Numbered from the stretch's first letter, positions 1 through 10,867 are shown. The stretch: DNA of 64,000 nt from Lachnospiraceae bacterium (GCA_017468395.1 JAFUIR010000008.1:5980-69979); one strand, 5' to 3'. Notes: a model not told the origin generated them from the letters alone. Made by a program: numbers and translations.

Positions 1-777
1 GTACTTATGAACAATAAGCAGATGAAAGAGAATACTCTGGAATACACCACAAACTTCTTAAATAACTGTGATATTTACGGTTACTGCCCCGTTCTTTGGG
101 ATTGTAACGACATGTACAGCAGAACAGATTGCAAGATTGTAGACCAGGGAATGGCTGATTTGTTCACGGAACACAGTTATGCAGTACAGTCCACCAAAAA
201 CAAAGAGGATTTGATTGCTAAGGCTAAAACGGAGAATGCCGCAGCCCTTGAGGCAGCTCCTGAGGCAGCAGGTGTGGACGACAGAACTGCAAAAGCGTGG
301 ATTATGTATACAAGTAGTGACTGGAGTATCCAGTACAGCGTGGGTGATACATATGATCCCGGCTCAGCAACAGCAGGAATTGTTGCTACAGATGTAGAGA
401 TTACCGGAGAGGGAACTTACACAGTTGCCCTTGACTTTACAGGAACTTCCGCGGGATTTGCAAACAGCACCACATTTGCAGCGGTAGGTATTGCAAACGG
501 TGAAGCATTATATCCGGGTTATGCTATTAACATTAAGGAAATTCTGGTGAACGGAGAGCCGTACAAGATCTCAGGCGGCAGACCATATACCTGTAGTGAT
601 GACGGCTTGTGCACACGCGTAAACCTGTATAATGCCTGGGTAACAGCAGTTGACCCCGAAAAAGCCCGTGTGGCAAGTGGTCCGAAGATGTATTTGTCTC
701 CTACCATTATGGATGCGGCTAATCTGGGTAACGTAGAAACTATTTCCGTAACCTTTGATTATGTGGCAGGAAACTAA
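1..777 (+). CDS. C-terminal part of a probable GH5 endoglucanase-like protein with an accessory beta-rich C-terminal domain (5' end probably outside the window)
   Basis: The frame is open from base 1. CPVLWD resembles the last beta-strand (W-D/N) of GH5 barrels. It is followed by an Ala-rich linker and an aromatic-rich domain (AWIMYTSSDWSIQY...GEGTYTVALDF). Confidence 0.5.
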   Translation, partial: VLMNNKQMKENTLEYTTNFLNNCDIYGYCPVLWDCNDMYSRTDCKIVDQGMADLFTEHSYAVQSTKNKEDLIAKAKTENAAALEAAPEAAGVDDRTAKAWIMYTSSDWSIQYSVGDTYDPGSATAGIVATDVEITGEGTYTVALDFTGTSAGFANSTTFAAVGIANGEALYPGYAINIKEILVNGEPYKISGGRPYTCSDDGLCTRVNLYNAWVTAVDPEKARVASGPKMYLSPTIMDAANLGNVETISVTFDYVAGN

Positions 778-790
778 ATAAATATGAGTG

Positions 791-823
791 AAGCGGCCGG
801 GAGATTGTTCCCGGCCGTTTTTT
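791..823 (+). terminator. Intrinsic terminator
   Basis: CGGCCGGGA-loop-TCCCGGCCG followed by a T run. Confidence 0.85.
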
Positions 824-986
824 GCATTTAAAAAATTTGAAAGTATTATGGTAAAAACCCCGGCTTTGGGTGCCCATTGTTGCTGAATAATTAAAAAAGT
901 AGTACAATAACTCTAATTGAGGTAATTGCATGTTTATGTTGGCAAATACTCATAATGAAAAGAAAAAATACACGGGATAGGGAAAG

Positions 987-2450
987 ATGATAAAAGCGGC
1001 AACGGAAAATAAGAAAATAGAATATGAAAAAATAGCGGCAATTATAGCACTTGTGTTGCTTATTTGTTGTCTGGTTCCCGTAATGTGGGTAGGACACTAC
1101 AATCACCCCGTAGGAGACGATTTTTATTATGGTGTGGATGCCCATCTGGTGTGGGAAGAAACGGGAAATATTTTTGAAACCATTGCAGAGGCCTGTAAAG
1201 GCGTGGTTTTGGAATACAACCGTTGGCAGGGAACGTATTCTGCCATGTTTTTGTTTTATATGGCTCCCAATGTTTTTTCTGAAAAGGCTTACGGCTTTGT
1301 GGCAACGATTATGTTGTCATTGCTTACAGGAGGAATTTTTTATTTCTTAAAGCCACTGGTATGCAAAATAGCCGGAGCAGGTAAGTGGCTGTGGTGCATA
1401 ATTTCTTCTGTTTTGACCTTGCTTTGTGTGCAGAACGTTCCTTCGCAGGCGGAGACTTTCTTTTGGTACAACGGTTCTGTCTACTATACGGGTTTTTTTG
1501 CACTGACATTGGTGTTTTGGGGGATGGTTATCCGATATTTGTTAAGCCAAAATCATTGGTATCTCCCGGGATTGTGGGTGCTGGCAATTATTTTGGCAGG
1601 GGGAAATTATGTTTCTCTTTTGCCCGCTATGATACTTCTGTTTTGCCTCTTAGGGGCACTGGTGTTTTTCAAAAAGAAAAAATTTATATTGGGCATATCA
1701 GGTACTTTTTTGTGGATGATGGTAGGATTTGTTGTCAGTGCCATGGCTCCGGGAAATGCCATCCGGCAAAGCGATATGTGGCAGATACCGGCTTGGAAGG
1801 CTATTGCCAAATCCCTTTTGCAAGGAGTGAGGTACGTGTTTGCCTGGACAGACGGTTGGTGGTTTTTGGCGGCACTTATATTGATTCCTTTTATGTGGAT
1901 GAGTTATGGCCGTTTGCAGTACCGATTTAAATATCCGTTTATTGTAATCGGATTTACTTATGGCATTTTTTGTTCTATGTCGTGTCCCTTGTTTTATACC
2001 ATGAATTCTACCGGACCCGCCAGAGCAGTTGCCATTGTTTATTATGCGTATGTGTTATCTACTTTTTTTTGTCTGTATTATTTTCTGGGCTATATTCACA
2101 GGATACTTACGGAGAAAAATCGGGATATGAAAAAAATAGATATGTTTGCTTGGGCAGGGCTACCGGTGTTGTTGTTTGTGATATTGATTGCCTCGGGCAA
2201 TTCGTCTCGGCTGACTACCGTGAAGGCTATAGGTCTTTTGCATAGCGGGGAAGCAAAAGCATATCATCAAGAGTTTTTGGAAAGACTGGAGATATTACAG
2301 GACGAAACGGTTTTGGATGTGGAGTTTGAAGCCTATAAGAACAGGCCGGATATGTTGTATGTGGGAGATTTTCACGATGACCCGGAGCATTTCAACAACC
2401 AGAAAGTAGCAGAGTTTTATCATAAAAATACTGTGCGGGTAAAAAATTAG
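987..2450 (+). CDS. Polytopic membrane protein, DUF6056-like / GT-C-fold glycosyltransferase candidate
   Basis: About 11-12 hydrophobic segments, acidic GDDF motif after TM1, W-Q-G-T-Y motif, soluble C-terminal tail. Confidence 0.55.
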   Translation: MIKAATENKKIEYEKIAAIIALVLLICCLVPVMWVGHYNHPVGDDFYYGVDAHLVWEETGNIFETIAEACKGVVLEYNRWQGTYSAMFLFYMAPNVFSEKAYGFVATIMLSLLTGGIFYFLKPLVCKIAGAGKWLWCIISSVLTLLCVQNVPSQAETFFWYNGSVYYTGFFALTLVFWGMVIRYLLSQNHWYLPGLWVLAIILAGGNYVSLLPAMILLFCLLGALVFFKKKKFILGISGTFLWMMVGFVVSAMAPGNAIRQSDMWQIPAWKAIAKSLLQGVRYVFAWTDGWWFLAALILIPFMWMSYGRLQYRFKYPFIVIGFTYGIFCSMSCPLFYTMNSTGPARAVAIVYYAYVLSTFFCLYYFLGYIHRILTEKNRDMKKIDMFAWAGLPVLLFVILIASGNSSRLTTVKAIGLLHSGEAKAYHQEFLERLEILQDETVLDVEFEAYKNRPDMLYVGDFHDDPEHFNNQKVAEFYHKNTVRVKN

Positions 2451-2481
2451 TGGAAAATTGGAAAAGTGCTGGAGGCGCAAT

Positions 2482-3486
2482 ATGGGAAAAGGCAGGATTA
2501 ATTATTTAAAGTGGATAAAACTCAGTATTGCGGCACCTTTATCTATGATTATAGCAGGTGTGCTGGGACTTAATTATGCTACATCAGCAGCCACCATTAC
2601 TCTTCTTACAGTGCAGGATACAAAGAAAGATACTCTGGAAATTTCCATAAAAAGAATTTTGGCTTTTGCAGTTATGACAGGGCTTTGTTTTCTTCTCTTT
2701 CCTTTAATCGGTTACAATGTTTTGGCATATGCGGCTTTTTTGTGCATTTTTCTTTTGCTGTGTTATATAGCGGGATTGGAGAGTGGAATTACCATGAATG
2801 CAGTGCTGGCCGGACACTATTTGGGAGTCGGCGAAATGAGCCTTGCAGCAGTGGGAAATGAGGCGGCCATTCTTTTTATTGGGGCAGGAATGGGAATTCT
2901 GGCAAATTTGATTATGCCGGAAAATCTACAAAAAATCCGCAAAGACCAGCGCCAGATAGATGGGGCTATGAAAAGAATTTTGGAGAGAATGTCTGTTTAT
3001 TTGTGTCAGGAAGATAGGAGTGATTATACCGGCGAGTGTTTTGAGCAGGTAGATAAACTGTTAGAGTCCATGGAGAGAGAAGCCAAACTTCGGATTCGCA
3101 ATACCTTTACAAAAGGTGATACTTATTTTATTTCATATATGCAGATGCGTATGCGGCAGTGTGAGGTGTTAAAATCGGTGTATGGGAGCATCATGCAGTT
3201 AACAGTAATTCCTATGCAGGCAGAGATTTTAAGCCGGTTTTTAAAGGAAGTCAGCGACAGTTTCCACGAGACAAATAACGCAGAGAGACTATTGGAAAGT
3301 CTGGCTCAAATGCGGAGCGGATTTAAGATAAGCGACCTTCCCAAAAGCAGGGAGGAATTTGAAAACAGAGCGGTTCTGATGCAGATAGCAAAGGATTTGG
3401 AGCAATTTTTAAAGATAAAGAGTAAGTTTGTGGCACAGCTGTCAAAAGAAGAACAGCAGAAATACTGGACGGACAATGAACAGTAA
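2482..3486 (+). CDS. Aromatic acid exporter family protein (ArAE_1/DUF939-like)
   Basis: N-terminal TM bundle (SAATITLLTVQDTKKDT) and C-terminal helical domain (REEFENRA). RBS GGAGG precedes ATG 2482. Confidence 0.75.
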   Translation: MGKGRINYLKWIKLSIAAPLSMIIAGVLGLNYATSAATITLLTVQDTKKDTLEISIKRILAFAVMTGLCFLLFPLIGYNVLAYAAFLCIFLLLCYIAGLESGITMNAVLAGHYLGVGEMSLAAVGNEAAILFIGAGMGILANLIMPENLQKIRKDQRQIDGAMKRILERMSVYLCQEDRSDYTGECFEQVDKLLESMEREAKLRIRNTFTKGDTYFISYMQMRMRQCEVLKSVYGSIMQLTVIPMQAEILSRFLKEVSDSFHETNNAERLLESLAQMRSGFKISDLPKSREEFENRAVLMQIAKDLEQFLKIKSKFVAQLSKEEQQKYWTDNEQ

Positions 3487-3502
3487 AGAAACGGATAATA
3501 AT

Positions 3503-3536
3503 AAAAGGGAGTTAGAATTATTTCTAACTCCCTTTT
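3503..3536. terminator. Bidirectional terminator between convergent genes
   Basis: AAAAGGGAGTTAGAA-TTAT-TTCTAACTCCCTTTT. Confidence 0.85.
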
Positions 3537-3545
3537 GCCATTATT

Positions 3546-5588
3546 TTAGATTTTAAACTGTCTCAGAAGTTCGGAAAGTTTTTCGGAACGTTTCTGCATA
3601 TTATTTGCTTCATTTTCCAAAGTGGTAATGGCAGATAACTGTTCATCGGTTGTCTGGTACACTGCGGAAGCACATGCAGCGGTTTCTGTTGCAATGGATG
3701 CAATACTTTCCATTGCTTCCAGAGTGGTTTTGCGGTTACCTTCCATATCTTCCATGTTTGCGGTTATTTCTTCCAGAGCAGCCACAAGACTGTCAACCTG
3801 GTCACGGATATCCCGGAAGGAAGATGCGGTAATTTGAACGGCGTCTTTCTGGTTGGCAACAATTTCTTCGGATTGTTTTGCAACGGCAACAGCCTGATCT
3901 GTATTACCGATAATCTCTTCAATAATTTTCGTTACTTCATCGGATGCGGCAATAGACTGATTGGCAAGTCGCTTAATCTGTTCGGCCACAACGGTGAACC
4001 CTCTGCCTGCTTCTCCGGCTCTGGCTGCCTCGATAGAAGCATTTAAGGAGAGAAGGCTTGTTTCCTCAGCAATATTGTTCATTGTTACAATGATTTCGCC
4101 GATAGACTTTGATTTTTCTGCCAGTGCTTCTATGGAAGCAATGACATTTTGAGTGATTTCGAATGTTGAAACTGCGCTTTCATTTAATTTCTGTACGGAA
4201 TCTGTACCGGTCACAATAGCATTTCCGGCAGCCATAGCCAAATCCTGAATTTGGGTGGTGTTGTCGGAAACCTGTGTAATCTGCTGTGACAGGGAATCCA
4301 TCTGGTTCAAACAATCATCGGTATCGGTGTCCAGCTTCTGGGAACCGGTTTCAATCTCAGACACAGAAGACTGGATGGTTTCGGATGTTTGCAAAAAGGT
4401 TTCGGAAGTCTGGGAAACCTGTGCAGATACCACATTCAATTCTTCCGATACTTCCAAAATACCGGAGAGCAAGTCTTTCATGTGATCGGTCATACTGTTA
4501 ATACCGTTTCCAAGAAGAGAAAACTCATCTTTTCGTGTGGTTTTAACGGAAATAGTCAAATCACCGGAAGAAATGCTGTTAAGATTTTGAACAAATCTTT
4601 TAATAGTTGTGCTGTAAGATCTGGCAATCAGTGTTCCAAGCAGACCTGCAAGAACACTGGCAATTACAGTAATTGCAATAGTAAGAATGCGGATTTCTGA
4701 TGCCTGGGCAGTAATGGTTGAGTTGGGAATCAGGGAAACCAACATAGCATTTCTGCCATCAATTTTGGAATACAGGAACAAGAAATCCCGGTTCATAAAA
4801 TCCACGCGTTCCATTCCTTCCTTTGCATCGGAAGAAGCAGCGCTTTGATAAAAAGAAGTTTCAGTCAAATTTACATCTGTAGCACCATTGGAATAAAATT
4901 CCGTGCCGTCACAGGTAATCAGTCCAACGTAACTGCCCTCTCCGCAATCCATGGTTTCAAGGGTATCTTGTACAACGCTGTGGGCAAGGTCAACAATCAT
5001 AACGGAAGAGGAGCCGGTTAAGTGTCTGGCCAGTCGCAAACTGTATTTACTGCTGTCAGTCTGTAACGCTGTATCTGCATCACACCGGTTACCAAAAAGG
5101 AAATAACTGTATTTATCCTTTACAACCATAGCACCCTGCTCAGAGTTTTTGAAAGTGGTGTAGAGATTTTTCTCTTTGGTCATGGTAGTAACGATAGGTT
5201 CATGGGCATCTGACAAAAAGAAAACGTTAGACAACAAATCATCTGTTGTAATGCCACTGCTAAAGGAAGTGTAATAACTGGTACGCGTGTTTGCCTTCAA
5301 AATACTGTCGTTGTCATAAATTCCTTTAAAATAGTAATTGAGTTCCTCATCGGATAAGTATCCTTTGTAAGCAGCCTGAACACTGTCTACCGCCAATGTT
5401 ATGTATTGGTTCATGGAACTCATGGTTTGCAAGGAAGTATTTTTGTAGTTAGTGGTAATAGCATCCTCTGCTTTTTTGTAGGAAATGGTTCCTAGGACAA
5501 TCAAAAAGCAGACAGGAATCATAAAGCACAGGGTCAGTTTAAATCCGATTTTTTTAAAAAAAGGTACCTTTACTAAATTTTTATTCAT
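3546..5588 (-). CDS. Methyl-accepting chemotaxis protein (Cache-like sensor, HAMP, signalling domain)
   Basis: Two TMs, HAMP ([11 protein letters not shown]), signalling hairpin [31 protein letters not shown]. Confidence 0.95.
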   Translation of the reverse strand: MNKNLVKVPFFKKIGFKLTLCFMIPVCFLIVLGTISYKKAEDAITTNYKNTSLQTMSSMNQYITLAVDSVQAAYKGYLSDEELNYYFKGIYDNDSILKANTRTSYYTSFSSGITTDDLLSNVFFLSDAHEPIVTTMTKEKNLYTTFKNSEQGAMVVKDKYSYFLFGNRCDADTALQTDSSKYSLRLARHLTGSSSVMIVDLAHSVVQDTLETMDCGEGSYVGLITCDGTEFYSNGATDVNLTETSFYQSAASSDAKEGMERVDFMNRDFLFLYSKIDGRNAMLVSLIPNSTITAQASEIRILTIAITVIASVLAGLLGTLIARSYSTTIKRFVQNLNSISSGDLTISVKTTRKDEFSLLGNGINSMTDHMKDLLSGILEVSEELNVVSAQVSQTSETFLQTSETIQSSVSEIETGSQKLDTDTDDCLNQMDSLSQQITQVSDNTTQIQDLAMAAGNAIVTGTDSVQKLNESAVSTFEITQNVIASIEALAEKSKSIGEIIVTMNNIAEETSLLSLNASIEAARAGEAGRGFTVVAEQIKRLANQSIAASDEVTKIIEEIIGNTDQAVAVAKQSEEIVANQKDAVQITASSFRDIRDQVDSLVAALEEITANMEDMEGNRKTTLEAMESIASIATETAACASAVYQTTDEQLSAITTLENEANNMQKRSEKLSELLRQFKI

Positions 5589-5803
5589 TTATAATCCTCC
5601 GAAAGAGTTTGTAGCGTCATATAGTAATATAGTAATATAGTACTACAAATTGTAAGAAAAGGGTAGACGAAAAGCGGAAAAAAATAAAAGTCTATGTTTT
5701 GCACAAAAAATGCGCAAAAAGGTTGCCTGAAGATAGTTATAGTATGGTCTTTTAATTTAAAAAATGATAAAATAGAAAGAACAAACAAAAAGGAGTATCA
5801 GGC

Positions 5804-7015
5804 ATGCAAAAGAAAATAAGTCTGCTTCTTTCGGTTTTACTGGTTGTAACTGTAGCATTGGCGGCCGGATGTGTGTTGTATATGAAAAACCGCCCAACCC
5901 GCCAAAATGCCATAGAATCAACACAGGAAACGGAAATGATATCAGTCACGGCATCGGAAACAAAAACTTCTGTTACAGAGCAAATAGAAGAGACAGAAAG
6001 CGGCTTTGAAACGGAAGCGGAAAGTGAGCCGGTGATAGCAGAGACCGAAACAAAGGAAGATGAGATTGTCACAATAACCATATCGGCGGCAGGGGACGTG
6101 ACATTGGGAACTTTGCATAACCATGGATATGAGTTGTCTCTTACAGAGGTGTATGATAACCATACACCGGCATATTTTTTCGAGAATGTGAAGCCTATTT
6201 TTGAGGCAGATGACATGACCCTTGTTAATTACGAGGGGGTGTTGACCTTATCCGATGAGCGCGTAGAGAAAAAATATAATATGAAGGGCGATCCGGAATA
6301 TGTACATATATTGACGGAAGGTGATATCGAGGCAGTAAGTTTTGCCAACAATCATCGCATGGATTACGGACAACAGGGCAGTGATGACACGGTGGCAGCT
6401 TTTGAGAGTGTAGGAATCACCTACGCTTATGATACGATTGTAGGATATTATGAGACGAAGGGTATTACCATCGGGTACATTTCCTTTAATGAAGTCTATG
6501 ACGGGGAAGCCGTAGAGGAATTCATACGCAGCGGAATGGAAGAACTGAAAGCTGCGGAGGTTGACTTGATTATTGCCTGCGGTCACTGGGGAAAGGAATT
6601 GCACCATTATCCTCAGGAATACCAGACCCAATTGGCACATATGTGTATTGATTTGGGGGCAGATTTGGTAGTGGGTCATCACCCGCATGTACTTCAGGGT
6701 GTAGATATTTATAACGGAAAATATATCGTGTATAGTCTTGGAAATTTTTGTTTCGGAGGAAATAAAAATCCAAAGGACAAGGACTCCATGATTTTTCAGC
6801 AGACCTTTACTTTTGTAAATGGCGAGCATGTGCAGGACGATAACATTAAAATCATACCGGTGCGTATCAGTTCCGTGTCCCATATAAATGATTATAAACC
6901 TACGCCGGCGCAAGGCGATGAGGCAAAGAATATCATTGATAGGGTGAACGAATACAGTGCAGGTTTTGGTTTGCAATTTGATTATGAAGGAAATATATTA
7001 AAGGAAAAGGAGTAG
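5804..7015 (+). CDS. CapA/PGA_cap family metallophosphatase-like membrane-anchored protein
   Basis: N-terminal TM, acidic linker, motifs AAGD, NYEG, ANNHRMDYG, HWG, GHHPHVLQ, YSLGNF. Confidence 0.9.
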   Translation: MQKKISLLLSVLLVVTVALAAGCVLYMKNRPTRQNAIESTQETEMISVTASETKTSVTEQIEETESGFETEAESEPVIAETETKEDEIVTITISAAGDVTLGTLHNHGYELSLTEVYDNHTPAYFFENVKPIFEADDMTLVNYEGVLTLSDERVEKKYNMKGDPEYVHILTEGDIEAVSFANNHRMDYGQQGSDDTVAAFESVGITYAYDTIVGYYETKGITIGYISFNEVYDGEAVEEFIRSGMEELKAAEVDLIIACGHWGKELHHYPQEYQTQLAHMCIDLGADLVVGHHPHVLQGVDIYNGKYIVYSLGNFCFGGNKNPKDKDSMIFQQTFTFVNGEHVQDDNIKIIPVRISSVSHINDYKPTPAQGDEAKNIIDRVNEYSAGFGLQFDYEGNILKEKE

Positions 7016-7024
7016 GTGTCAAAT

Positions 7025-8626
7025 ATGAAGAAAAGACTTTTATCTGTTTTATGTGTATTGGTACTGACATTGTCCGCTTGCGGTAACCAGCAATCGGAAG
7101 GTAATCCGGCGTCGGGAGAATCTGTGGAGGCAGAGGGTGGCTCTGCAGAAGCCGGAAATGAAACGAATAAGGATACGGTAGAAGGAAATCAGGAAGTTTG
7201 GGTACCTAAGGAAGCACCGGCTGTCAGAAATAAGATTTCCGAAGAAGAGAGAAATAAAAAGCAGACAGAGATTTTGGAAAAAGGAACGTTTCTTTTTTCC
7301 GGCAAGACGGATAAAGGCTATTATCCCGGAGATATTTCATGGCTGACTTCAGCTCAAAAAGAAGATGCTTTGGGTCTGGTTTATGCCTGTGATGATGTGA
7401 CCCACGGCGGTTGGGGCGTATTGGGTCTGGGCGGAAATGTAGGCGGTAAATATGTGAAAATGCAGGATATCGCCGCAGTATCGGACCAACCGCAAAAAGA
7501 GCGTCTGATGATTATTACTGTGGAAGAAATGTTGGCAATGGCCAAAACAGACAGTGCTGCTGATTTTGAAGGTTTTTCTCTGGGGGCATGGAACGGTGGA
7601 AGAATCGCCGGACTTTATTTCCTGACGGGGGACGTGGTAAAAGAATTGAGTGATTATTTGGCAGAAGTAGAAAAAGAAGAGCAGATTATACATACTTATA
7701 CAGGGGAGTTATCCAATGAAAATTCCATTGAAAATGCCCAGAGAGTGTATGATTATTTGCAGGATGTGTACGGAACGGTCTGCCTGACAGGACAGATGGA
7801 ATCTACATGGATGGGTTCCCCGGATTATGAAATGAAATTCATTGAAAAAAATACAGGAAAACTGCCTGCAATCCGTGGGCTTGATTTCATGCACAATGAT
7901 TTTCAGGGTGTTACCAACAGATCTAAGGAATGGTGGGAAAAAGGCGGTATCCCTACTATCTGCTGGCATACCGGTGCAGATTTTAACAGCGGCTATAATG
8001 AAAGTAAAGACCATAACATCAATTGGGATGAAGCTTTTGTTCCCGGTTCGGAGACATACAACAAACTTTTGGAAGGTATGGACAGAGCTGTTCCTTATTT
8101 GCAACAGTTGGAAGATGCAGGTGTACCGGTTCTTTGGAGACCTTTCCATGAACTGGACGGAGGCTGGTTCTGGTGGAGTAAGGGTGGCAGTGAAAATTTC
8201 GTTAAACTGTGGCAGTTGATGTATAGCCGCTACACAGATTATTGGGGATTGGACAACCTGATTTGGGTATATGGTTATTCAGGAAACGGCGGTAATATGG
8301 CAGCATGGTATCCCGGAGATGATTATGTAGATTTGCTTGGTGCGGACAGTTATACACCCGGACCGAATCAAAAACTTTTTGAAGAATGTGAGACACTGAT
8401 TCCCGAAGGTATGCCCATTGTGTTCCACGAATGCGGAACCATTCCTACAGAAAAAGAGATGACGGATGCAGGGGCAACTTGGTCTTTCTTTATGGTTTGG
8501 CATACAGAATATTTGACAGAGTCTAAAAATAATACAGTGGAGTCTTTGAAAGAAATTTATAACAGTGACTATTTTATTACTTTGGACGAACTGCCCGAAC
8601 TTTCCGAATACGAGAAACTGAAATAA
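7025..8626 (+). CDS. GH26 beta-mannanase, lipoprotein with an extra N-terminal domain
   Basis: Lipobox LSAC; WRPFHELDGGWFWW (acid/base Glu), YPGDDYVD, FHECG (nucleophile Glu). Confidence 0.9.
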   Translation: MKKRLLSVLCVLVLTLSACGNQQSEGNPASGESVEAEGGSAEAGNETNKDTVEGNQEVWVPKEAPAVRNKISEEERNKKQTEILEKGTFLFSGKTDKGYYPGDISWLTSAQKEDALGLVYACDDVTHGGWGVLGLGGNVGGKYVKMQDIAAVSDQPQKERLMIITVEEMLAMAKTDSAADFEGFSLGAWNGGRIAGLYFLTGDVVKELSDYLAEVEKEEQIIHTYTGELSNENSIENAQRVYDYLQDVYGTVCLTGQMESTWMGSPDYEMKFIEKNTGKLPAIRGLDFMHNDFQGVTNRSKEWWEKGGIPTICWHTGADFNSGYNESKDHNINWDEAFVPGSETYNKLLEGMDRAVPYLQQLEDAGVPVLWRPFHELDGGWFWWSKGGSENFVKLWQLMYSRYTDYWGLDNLIWVYGYSGNGGNMAAWYPGDDYVDLLGADSYTPGPNQKLFEECETLIPEGMPIVFHECGTIPTEKEMTDAGATWSFFMVWHTEYLTESKNNTVESLKEIYNSDYFITLDELPELSEYEKLK

Positions 8627-8649
8627 AAAAATACAGTAATTACAGGAGC

Positions 8650-9792
8650 ATGTATATGGAAAAGAGAAGGTTAGAGAAACTTGGATTGGAAACATCCCTT
8701 TTGGGTTTTGGCTGCATGAGATTTCCGACTACACTGGAAGGCAAAATTGATGAGCCGGAAGCAGAAAAAATGTTGGATAAGGCTATTGCTGCAGGGGTAA
8801 ATTATATTGATACCGCATATCCTTATCACGGTGGAGATAGTGAACCGTTTGTGGGTCGTGCACTGAAAAAATATGACAGGGCGTCTTTGTATCTGGCAAC
8901 CAAACTGCCTGTGTGGTTGGTGAAAACTTTGGAAGATGCCAAGAAACTTTTTGAGGAGCAATTGGAAAGATTGCAGACCCCCTATATTGATTTTTATCTG
9001 CTTCATGCCATGAATAAAAGCCGCTGGGACGAGATGTTACAACTAGGTGTGGTGAATTATCTGGAGCAGTTACAAAAAGAAGGGAAAATCCGAAATCTGG
9101 GTTTTTCTTTCCATGATTCTTATGAAGTATTTGAAGAAATCATTAACTATAGAGACTGGGATTTTTGCCAGATTCAGTTAAACTATATGGATGTGGACGA
9201 GCAGGCAGGGATGAAGGGCTATAAACTGGCGGAAGAAAAGCAGGTTCCTTTAGTAATTATGGAGCCCATTAAAGGCGGTACTTTGGCGGCTTTTGCGGAA
9301 GATATTACCTCGAAATTCCGTGCCCATGATCCTAACGCCAGCACAGCATCCTTTGCTCTTCGCTGGGTGGGAAGTCTGCCGGGAGTAAAGGTAATTTTGA
9401 GCGGAATGTCCACCATGGAGCAAGTGGAAGATAACCTGAATACCTTCGGTGAGTTTAAGCCGTTAACGGAGGCAGAACAACAGACTGTCAAAGAGGTGGT
9501 AGAAACGCTTCGGGGAAGAGTACAGAATGGCTGTACGGGCTGCAGGTATTGCATGCCTTGTCCGGCGGGAGTCAATATTCCCGGCAACTTCAAACTTTGG
9601 AACACTTACCATACTTACCAGAATTACAATGTAGTAAAGTGGTCCTGGGAGCAGGAACTGGGCGACAAAGGTCAGGCCAAGAACTGTGTGGAATGTGGTA
9701 AATGTGAAAAAGAATGTCCTCAAAAAATTTCTATCCGGGAAGATTTAAAGAAAGTTCAGGCGGATTTGGACAAAAAAGAAATGATTTTGTAA
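8650..9792 (+). CDS. Aldo/keto reductase with C-terminal 4Fe-4S dicluster
   Basis: LGFGCMRF, IDTAYPY, LATKLP; CTGCRYCMPC and CVECGKCEKECP. Confidence 0.92.
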   Translation: MYMEKRRLEKLGLETSLLGFGCMRFPTTLEGKIDEPEAEKMLDKAIAAGVNYIDTAYPYHGGDSEPFVGRALKKYDRASLYLATKLPVWLVKTLEDAKKLFEEQLERLQTPYIDFYLLHAMNKSRWDEMLQLGVVNYLEQLQKEGKIRNLGFSFHDSYEVFEEIINYRDWDFCQIQLNYMDVDEQAGMKGYKLAEEKQVPLVIMEPIKGGTLAAFAEDITSKFRAHDPNASTASFALRWVGSLPGVKVILSGMSTMEQVEDNLNTFGEFKPLTEAEQQTVKEVVETLRGRVQNGCTGCRYCMPCPAGVNIPGNFKLWNTYHTYQNYNVVKWSWEQELGDKGQAKNCVECGKCEKECPQKISIREDLKKVQADLDKKEMIL

Positions 9793-9823
9793 GAGAAGTA
9801 TTTGCAGAGTGGGAGGCGGCAGT

Positions 9824-10723
9824 ATGGAAAAAGCGTATAAGTTGGCTTTCGAGAATGACAGGCGCGGAAGTTTATATGTAAATTGTTGCGGCTGTTCCAA
9901 GACAGAGCCCCTGCACAGTTTCGGACCTGCCGCAAAACCTCACTATTTGATTCATTATGTACTAAGCGGAAAAGGGATTTTCCGGTTTGGCGACAAAGAG
10001 TATTCATTGGAAGCCGGTTACGGTTTTTTGATTTGGCCGGAGGAACTGGCTTTTTACCAGGCTGACGAGAAAGACCCCTGGACGTATCTTTGGGTAGGGT
10101 TTGGAGGCAGTGAGGCAGCAGCCTACTTGGATGCAATGGGCTTGTCGGAGCGACATCCGGTGTTTGCCTGTGATCAGCCGGAGGAACTTTATGCTGTGAT
10201 TCGTGATATGATGGATCATAACACCTTCGGTATGGCCAACGATCTTCGCAGAAACGGGCAGTTGGGGGTTTTTTTATCCATTATTGCTGACAGTGCAGAT
10301 GTGGTGGAAAAACAGGATTCGGACAAAGGAAATGAGTATGTACGCAAAGCAGTATCTTTTATCCAGAGCAACTATTGTAACCCTATTAAAGTAACGGATG
10401 TGGCAGAATATGTCTGTATCAATCGCAGTTATTTGTACACGTTGTTCCAAAATTCCCTCGGAATGTCACCTCAGCAGTTTCTGACGGCATTCCGCATTGC
10501 AAAAGCGAAGGAACTTTTGGAATCTACAGCCTATCCTATTGAAAGTATCGCACTTTCCTGTGGTTACAGTGATGCGCTGGTGTTTACAAAGGCATTTCAT
10601 AACATGCGGGGAATGTCACCTTCGGCTTACCGAAAAGAAGTACAGAAAGAAGGAAATAAGCACGGCAAGGAGCATTTACAGGAAATAGAGGAATTGATTG
10701 CAAGGGCTGTGAGCGGAACATAA
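9824..10723 (+). CDS. AraC family regulator (cupin + HTH), likely regulator of galKT
   Basis: HYLIHYVLSGKG cupin; C-terminal CGYSDALVFTKAF..GMSPSAYR; RBS GGAGG before ATG 9824. Confidence 0.9.
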   Translation: MEKAYKLAFENDRRGSLYVNCCGCSKTEPLHSFGPAAKPHYLIHYVLSGKGIFRFGDKEYSLEAGYGFLIWPEELAFYQADEKDPWTYLWVGFGGSEAAAYLDAMGLSERHPVFACDQPEELYAVIRDMMDHNTFGMANDLRRNGQLGVFLSIIADSADVVEKQDSDKGNEYVRKAVSFIQSNYCNPIKVTDVAEYVCINRSYLYTLFQNSLGMSPQQFLTAFRIAKAKELLESTAYPIESIALSCGYSDALVFTKAFHNMRGMSPSAYRKEVQKEGNKHGKEHLQEIEELIARAVSGT

Positions 10724-10742
10724 ATTTAACATTTTGACAGGT

Positions 10743-10788
10743 AAAGAAAACAAATCGATATAGAAATCGGTTTGTTTTTTTATATAAT
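10743..10788 (+). promoter_or_regulatory. Inverted repeat (terminator or operator) overlapping the galK promoter region
   Basis: AAACAAATCGAT-N6-ATCGGTTTGTTT plus T run. TATAAT at 10783-10788 has no good -35, consistent with activator dependence. Confidence 0.45.
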
Positions 10789-10867
10789 AAAGGCATAACG
10801 ACAGGAAACGAGCGGCGCAAGTAAGGCCCGTGATTAAGAAAAAACGAAGAGGAAGAAGGAGAAGGGT

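Noticed and set aside
5608-5649. ATAGTAAT direct repeats flanked by TTTGTAG/CTACAAA upstream of the MCP; possible c-di-GMP riboswitch or operator
   Set aside because: AT-rich and weak; no GEMM motif elements recognised
6248-6976. 242-aa minus-strand ORF
   Set aside because: Antisense to the CapA gene; implausible composition
5804-7015. Poly-gamma-glutamate capsule synthesis locus
   Set aside because: No capB/capC neighbours; CapA-family domains are widespread outside capsule loci
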